Of a stretch of 64,000 nt of DNA, positions 59,167 through 64,000 are shown piece by piece. The notes under the pieces were generated by a model, which saw nothing but the letters and a program-made list of their open reading frames with translations, searched no databases and was not told the DNA's origin. Every line of letters begins with the position of its first letter. Positions within the stretch are counted from its first letter, which is position 1. Source of the DNA: Patescibacteria group bacterium (GTDB taxonomy: Bacteria; Patescibacteriota; WWE3; 2-01-FULL-39-13); NCBI GenBank assembly GCA_048499955.1, contig JASNYX010000001.1:66452-130451 (forward strand). Reading direction: 5' to 3'. A program made the position numbers and the translations under genes.

Positions 59167-60648
59167 ATGACGAAATATTTAAAGAACCCTCGCTACATAT
59201 TACTCGTTGTGTTGCTTATTACTGTAATTTCGATTTTGATCGATATGCCTCGATTGCATCTTAATTATCAGCACGATTTTTCAAAATATTCCTGGAGCAG
59301 ATTCATACCTGATTGGATTTCTAAAGATAAAAACCTTGTGATTGATGAGGTAATTGGAGGATACAGTCTTAATCTGTTTAACGGATTCTTTGTGCGAGAT
59401 CTTGAAATCAAGAAGGGTTTGGATATCTCGGGAGGTGTTAGCGTGTTACTTAATGCTGACATGTCAAAAATCCCTGAATCTGAAAGGGATACCGCTCTTG
59501 AATCTTTGAAGAATGTTATTGAGCGAAGGGTTAATTTATTAGGAATTTCAGAAGCAAATGTGCAAACGACAAAAAGTGGCGGGAACCATCGGGTGCTCGT
59601 GGAATTAGCAGGGATCACAGATACCACTCAAGCTATAGATGTGATAGGTCAGGTTGCTCAGTTAAGCTTTAAAAAAGAGCGACCGATTGAGGTAGTTGAA
59701 GATGTTGAAATTGATCCATATGCATTCCCGGAATATGAGGACACTGATTTAAGCGGAGCTGATCTACGTCGTGCATCAATTGTTTTTGATCAAGGTGGAA
59801 CTTCAGTAAATACAAATCAGCCATTAATACAGCTACAATTTAATGCAGAAGGAACTCGAAAGTTCAGAGAACTCACTGAGCAGAATATTGGAAAACGTGT
59901 GGCAATCTTTTTAGATGACCAGATATTAATCGACCCTGTTGTACAAACCGCAATCACTGATGGAACAGCTGTTATTACAGGAGGTTTTAACGCCGAACAA
60001 GCTAAATTCTTAGCTGCACAACTAAACGGTGGAGCCTTGCCCGTACCGGTTAGCGTAGCTGAGCAGAAAAGTATTGGTGCTACTTTGGGCCAGGAATCAG
60101 TGAATCAAAGCATTTACGCCGGATTAATCGGCTTGGCGTTGGTTATCGGTTTCATGGTCTTTTATTACGGCAGATTAGGCATATTTGCAGGTATAGCGTT
60201 GGTAATTTATGCCTTGGTTTCATTGGCTGTTTATAAATTAGTTCCGATCGTACTTACTCTTCCGGGATTAACGGGATTTTTGTTATCGATAGGTATGGCG
60301 GTCGACGCGAACATTTTAATTTTTGAGAGAATTAAAGAGGAACTTCGAGCCGGAAAGCCTCTGCGGTTAGCCATGGAAAATGGATTTGGGCGATCTTGGG
60401 ATTCAATCCGAGATGCCAATACCGCAACGCTGGTAACTGCTTTTATATTGTTTAATCCGTTTGATTGGTCGTTTTTCCCTACCTCAGGGCTGGTTAGAGG
60501 TTTTGCATTAACTTTAGCTATCGGAATATTTATTAGCCTCTTCACCGGTATATTCATTACTAGAAACCTAATACGAGTTTTTTACAGAAAACCCGGGAAT
60601 ATTCAGGAGTGGAAGTCTAGAATTCAAGCAATAAGGGGGAACAAATGA
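59167..60648 (+). CDS. secD: Protein translocase subunit SecD
   Basis: GLDISGG, IERRVN.LG.SE, GALP, IGATLG, IGMAVDANILIFERIKEE. Confidence 0.97.
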   Translation: MTKYLKNPRYILLVVLLITVISILIDMPRLHLNYQHDFSKYSWSRFIPDWISKDKNLVIDEVIGGYSLNLFNGFFVRDLEIKKGLDISGGVSVLLNADMSKIPESERDTALESLKNVIERRVNLLGISEANVQTTKSGGNHRVLVELAGITDTTQAIDVIGQVAQLSFKKERPIEVVEDVEIDPYAFPEYEDTDLSGADLRRASIVFDQGGTSVNTNQPLIQLQFNAEGTRKFRELTEQNIGKRVAIFLDDQILIDPVVQTAITDGTAVITGGFNAEQAKFLAAQLNGGALPVPVSVAEQKSIGATLGQESVNQSIYAGLIGLALVIGFMVFYYGRLGIFAGIALVIYALVSLAVYKLVPIVLTLPGLTGFLLSIGMAVDANILIFERIKEELRAGKPLRLAMENGFGRSWDSIRDANTATLVTAFILFNPFDWSFFPTSGLVRGFALTLAIGIFISLFTGIFITRNLIRVFYRKPGNIQEWKSRIQAIRGNK

Positions 60649-61523
60649 TTAATTTTTTAAAATTCAGCAAAATATATTTTATTTTCTCGGGCATGTTAGT
60701 TTTATTTTCTTTGGTAGCCCTGCTTGTTTGGGGATTACGTCCCTCTATCGACTTTGTTGGAGGTTCCTTACTGGAAATCAGATTTGATCAAGAGGTTTAC
60801 AATCAGTTGAATTCAGAACGGATCGAGGAGGTTATGAGTAGCGTCTCGGATGTTTCTGTTTACAATGTTCAACCGGTTCCGTCGTCTAGTTCTTTTTCCA
60901 TAAGAACTCAGCAGATTGACGAGAGCAAGAAGAACGAAGTTATGGAAAAAGTTTTGACAGACATTGGAGAAGTTGAGCTGTTGAAGTTTGAGACGGTTGG
61001 TCCGGTTTTAGGAAGAGAGTTACTTTTCAAAACGGTCTTGGCAGCACTTGGAGCCACTGCTTTCATTTTGTTGTACGTTGCAAGGCAATTTAAAGATAGA
61101 AAGTACGGACTTGCGGCGATTCTGGCTATGTTTCATGACACAATTATTTTACTTGGCTTCTTCGCAGTTTTTGGGAAAGTTTATGGCGTAGAGGTTGATA
61201 CACTTTTTGTAACGGCAATGTTAACAACCTTAAGCTTTAGTGTGCACGATACTATTGTTGTGTTTGATAGAATAAGGGAAAGGTCACACTTACTTCCTAA
61301 TGAGGATTTCAATAAGACCATAAATGAATCATTATCACAAACAATGGTTAGGTCGTTGAATAATTCTATGACCATCATTTTCATGTTAATGGCTTTGGCT
61401 TTATTAGGTGGAGTTACAATTAAGTGGTTTGCTGTTGCTTTATTAATTGGAACCATTAGTGGAACTTATTCCTCACCCTTCATAGCAGCACCATTGCTAT
61501 CAGTATTTAAAAAAACGAAGTAA
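60645..61523 (+). CDS. secF: Protein translocase subunit SecF
   Basis: IDFVGG, VGP.LG.EL, HDT, DTIVVFDRIRE, GTYSS.FIA. Confidence 0.97.
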   Translation: MINFLKFSKIYFIFSGMLVLFSLVALLVWGLRPSIDFVGGSLLEIRFDQEVYNQLNSERIEEVMSSVSDVSVYNVQPVPSSSSFSIRTQQIDESKKNEVMEKVLTDIGEVELLKFETVGPVLGRELLFKTVLAALGATAFILLYVARQFKDRKYGLAAILAMFHDTIILLGFFAVFGKVYGVEVDTLFVTAMLTTLSFSVHDTIVVFDRIRERSHLLPNEDFNKTINESLSQTMVRSLNNSMTIIFMLMALALLGGVTIKWFAVALLIGTISGTYSSPFIAAPLLSVFKKTK

Positions 61524-61624
61524 TTTGCGAAGTCTTTGATTTATAGTTTTCTGCCTAAATTTGTATATAGTATGGATACTTAGCTCATGTTTAATGGCTA
61601 TGGTATCTTCAAAGTAGGAAAAAT

Positions 61625-62302
61625 ATGACTCCCTCAATATTGATAGTGGAAGACGACAAAGAACTCTTATCTTATCTCAAAGATTTATTGATACAGAGTG
61701 GTTATTCAGTTAAGACAGCTTCAACCGGAGTTGCAGCAATGAATTTGCTTAATGAGCAAGCACCGGATCTTGTTGTTCTAGATCTAGTGCTTCCCGATAT
61801 GCAAGGAGAGAGTTTATGTGTTGAAATCAAAAAATCTAATTCTTCGCTACCGGTGGTAATACTTACTTCTAAAGATAGCTTAAGCGAAAAGGTTCAGGGC
61901 TTAAATCTTGGTGCTGATGATTATATTACGAAACCATTTGCTTCAGAAGAGTTACTGGCAAGAGTGAAAGCTCGCTTAAGATCACAGATGCCGTCTGAAG
62001 ATATTTTAAAAGTCGCAGATCTTGAAGTCGATACGAAAAAAATTGAAGTAAAACGAGCCGGAAAGAATATCAGTTTAACCCCTCACGAATTCAGATTACT
62101 TGAATACTTGGTTCAGAATAAAGGATCAGTATTAACAAGAGATATGATTTTAAATAGAATCTGGGATTATCCTCTTGATGTGGAAAGTAGAGTTGTCGAT
62201 GTGTACGTAGGGTACCTGCGAAAGAAAATTGACCGTGGTTATAAAAAGAAATTGATTAGTTCTGTTCGCGGTTTCGGATATACAATTAAAGAGGAATCTT
62301 AA
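61625..62302 (+). CDS. OmpR/PhoB-family response regulator
   Basis: VEDD, LDLVLPD (intact phospho-Asp), GADDYITKPF, VDVYVGYLRKKI, VRGFGY. Confidence 0.95.
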   Translation: MTPSILIVEDDKELLSYLKDLLIQSGYSVKTASTGVAAMNLLNEQAPDLVVLDLVLPDMQGESLCVEIKKSNSSLPVVILTSKDSLSEKVQGLNLGADDYITKPFASEELLARVKARLRSQMPSEDILKVADLEVDTKKIEVKRAGKNISLTPHEFRLLEYLVQNKGSVLTRDMILNRIWDYPLDVESRVVDVYVGYLRKKIDRGYKKKLISSVRGFGYTIKEES

Positions 62303-62928
62303 AGATTTTCTTGTGGCATTTTTGGTTTTCTCCCGATAGTGATATCAATTGAAGTTTCATTTTCATGATCTTTCTTTTTCAGAACACCTGCATGTGCCTT
62401 AAATATTTCTTCGGCTACAGCCAACTTTAGAATATTCTCAGCTTCTACATCTTTATCAATTGTTTTTATGGCAGGGTTACTACCTGTTAGGTTAAGTTTA
62501 AATTTCCGGTTTTCTGATTTAGTTTGTAAGCTTACATTGTCGTACTGGTAAAGGAGTGTTTCAAAGCAGAGGTTTAGTCCTTTTTCCAGAATTTTTCTAT
62601 CAGCAAGAATTTCGATTCTTTTTGTAGGTGCTGCTTTTACTGAAACTTTTTCGCTATAAGTGCTCGAAATCAACTCGATGAGATCTTCTGCAAATAAGAA
62701 TTCGTAGGAGTAACTCAACTTCTGGCTTTTTACCTTTAGAAACAACCACAGAAGATCAATTCTGCTTAGTGCATTGTCGGTTTGCTTTTCCATTTCAAGA
62801 ATTTTGTTGTGATTGTTTTTCAGTTGGACTCTTAAAGACATTAAAGAAATTTTTAAACGAGAGAGGGGAGATCGAAGTGCGTGATTTAGGTTGCCTAAGT
62901 ATTCGTCGGAAAAGTTTTTTAAAGACAT
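62299..62928 (-). CDS. Sensorless histidine-kinase-like protein with degenerate ATPase domain
   Basis: H-box LNHALRSPL. Remnants AD...L...L.L and LKLAVAEEIFKAHAG lack the N-box and G-box residues. Confidence 0.65.
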   Translation of the reverse strand: MSLKNFSDEYLGNLNHALRSPLSRLKISLMSLRVQLKNNHNKILEMEKQTDNALSRIDLLWLFLKVKSQKLSYSYEFLFAEDLIELISSTYSEKVSVKAAPTKRIEILADRKILEKGLNLCFETLLYQYDNVSLQTKSENRKFKLNLTGSNPAIKTIDKDVEAENILKLAVAEEIFKAHAGVLKKKDHENETSIDITIGRKPKMPQENL

Positions 62929-62935
62929 AAAGTTA

Positions 62936-62966
62936 TAAAACAAGGGCACATACTAAGTGCCCTTGT
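62936..62966 (-). terminator. Probable terminator after the GlsB-family gene
   Basis: ACAAGGGCAC/GTGCCCTTGT inverted repeat followed by a T run on the minus strand. Confidence 0.7.
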
Positions 62967-62982
62967 GATTATTCGAAATTCT

Positions 62983-63237
62983 TTATCTTAAGCTAGATAA
63001 AAATCTTCCGATGTATATTAAAACTACAGCACCAAAGATGGAAACTAGTATACTATATATATTGAATCCACTTACTCCTTCGAAACCAAACAGGTTCATT
63101 AGGAACCCTCCGAGAATAGCACCTACAATTCCGAGAAGCACATCCCCGATAAGATTTTGTTGACTGTTAGTTCCCATCAGCAGTGAGGTTAGCCAACCTG
63201 CAACTGCACCTAAAACTACCATTCCTAGTATTGACAT
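62983..63237 (-). CDS. GlsB/YeaQ/YmgE family (transglycosylase-associated) stress membrane protein
   Basis: G.VAGWL...LM......LGIVGA.LGG, S..GAVVL, with a GGAGGAGGTG SD. Confidence 0.9.
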   Translation of the reverse strand: MSILGMVVLGAVAGWLTSLLMGTNSQQNLIGDVLLGIVGAILGGFLMNLFGFEGVSGFNIYSILVSIFGAVVLIYIGRFLSSLR

Positions 63238-63320
63238 TTTAATTCACCTCCTCATAAAAATTAATTTACTGGCATAATTTTCAGGAAGCAATTAGCTTGT
63301 TCTGAAAATCACACACAACT

Positions 63321-63866
63321 TTAATTTGCGTTTCTGCCCTCTACCATTTGCACCTGTGTCGCATTACATTTTTCAAACATATCTCTAACTTGCATGTCTT
63401 CCATACGACCGGTTACGGGAACTGCAAGCAGAATCGCACCTTCTCGTATTCTTGATTCATAGATCTTTGCTGTTTCTTCGGGCACTCCTAGGCCGGTTAA
63501 GGCACCTACGAGTCCACCGGCAAGTGCTCCTGTCGCTGCACCGGATACGGTACTAGCTGCTGCTCCTGTCAATCCTAATGCAGCTACTAGCGGTCCTCCT
63601 ATTAAGAAGGCTCCGATACCCGGTATTGTTATTGCACCGATACCTATAAGTAAACCTGCGAGTCCTCCGATCACGCCACCTGTTGTTGCACCGCTAACGG
63701 CACCTGCAGCTACGTTTTCGGATCGACCTTCGTTAATAGTTTTGACGGTTTCATCGTCTTTTACTATTACCGATATGTCTTTAGCGGAGTAACCATTTTT
63801 TTCAAGATGGTCAATTGCTTTCTCCGCATCTTCTCTTTCTGTAAATATTCCGAGTACTGTTTTCAT
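63321..63866 (-). CDS. General stress protein (YflT/17M-like, glycine-zipper)
   Basis: G.F.....AE.A...L...GY...DISV, GA.TGG..GG..GLL, IPGIG...GGP, G.PEE.A..YE. GGAGGTG SD supports the start at 63866. Confidence 0.85.
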   Translation of the reverse strand: MKTVLGIFTEREDAEKAIDHLEKNGYSAKDISVIVKDDETVKTINEGRSENVAAGAVSGATTGGVIGGLAGLLIGIGAITIPGIGAFLIGGPLVAALGLTGAAASTVSGAATGALAGGLVGALTGLGVPEETAKIYESRIREGAILLAVPVTGRMEDMQVRDMFEKCNATQVQMVEGRNAN

Positions 63867-64000
63867 TTTTTTCACCTCCAATAAATTTAAAATTTAACCT
63901 GTGTCATAATCAAATGTTTTTGACACAAGCGAAGATAAAGTTTTAGTATTTTTATCTTCCAACTTGTGTTTATATTATTGCTGTTGAATTAAGATGCGTA

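Noticed and set aside
1-64000. tRNA, rRNA, tmRNA, SRP or RNase P genes
   Set aside because: No cloverleaf with a T-loop GTTCGA context and acceptor stem, or other hallmark motif, was recognised by eye in the intergenic gaps. A covariance search would be needed to be certain.

Overview
AT-rich bacterial chromosome segment with dense housekeeping genes and no rRNA, tRNA, CRISPR array or transposase that I could recognise. Gene content suggests a Patescibacteria/CPR organism, possibly WWE3/Microgenomates-like (inference): short AlaRS, archaeal-type non-discriminating AspRS, class II RNR, FtsA-like plus baseplate-J-like pair, sortase, pilN/pilO, GT-C membrane glycosyltransferases. Recognisable core genes: nrdJ (5'-truncated), hup, rny-recX-recA, trxA-gap-(4Fe-4S protein)-(short AOR-family protein)-tpiA, holA, rpsT, murJ, lepA, rnj, udg, recF, alaS, a DacA-like peptidase, ruvX, aspS, recJ, prmC, mltG, a ComM-like ATPase and secDF. 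Two Phd-PIN toxin-antitoxin pairs are also present. The most unusual region is about 37.9-44.9 kb. It holds an orphan sigma factor and three GC-richer, Shine-Dalgarno-led secreted/membrane ORFs, one ending in a Chloroflexota-style LPLI tail. Each ORF is wrapped in long G-U-rich RNA hairpins, and two share a repeated upstream module with an exact 20-bp box. Other notable items: a GOR/GAPOR-like pair where pgk usually sits, a sortase-cohesin-dockerin cluster, a TasA-SipW pair, a pseudo-receiver regulator, a ChpT/Spo0B-like degenerate kinase, and widespread leaderless-style promoters. All calls are by eye from motifs; no database searches were run.
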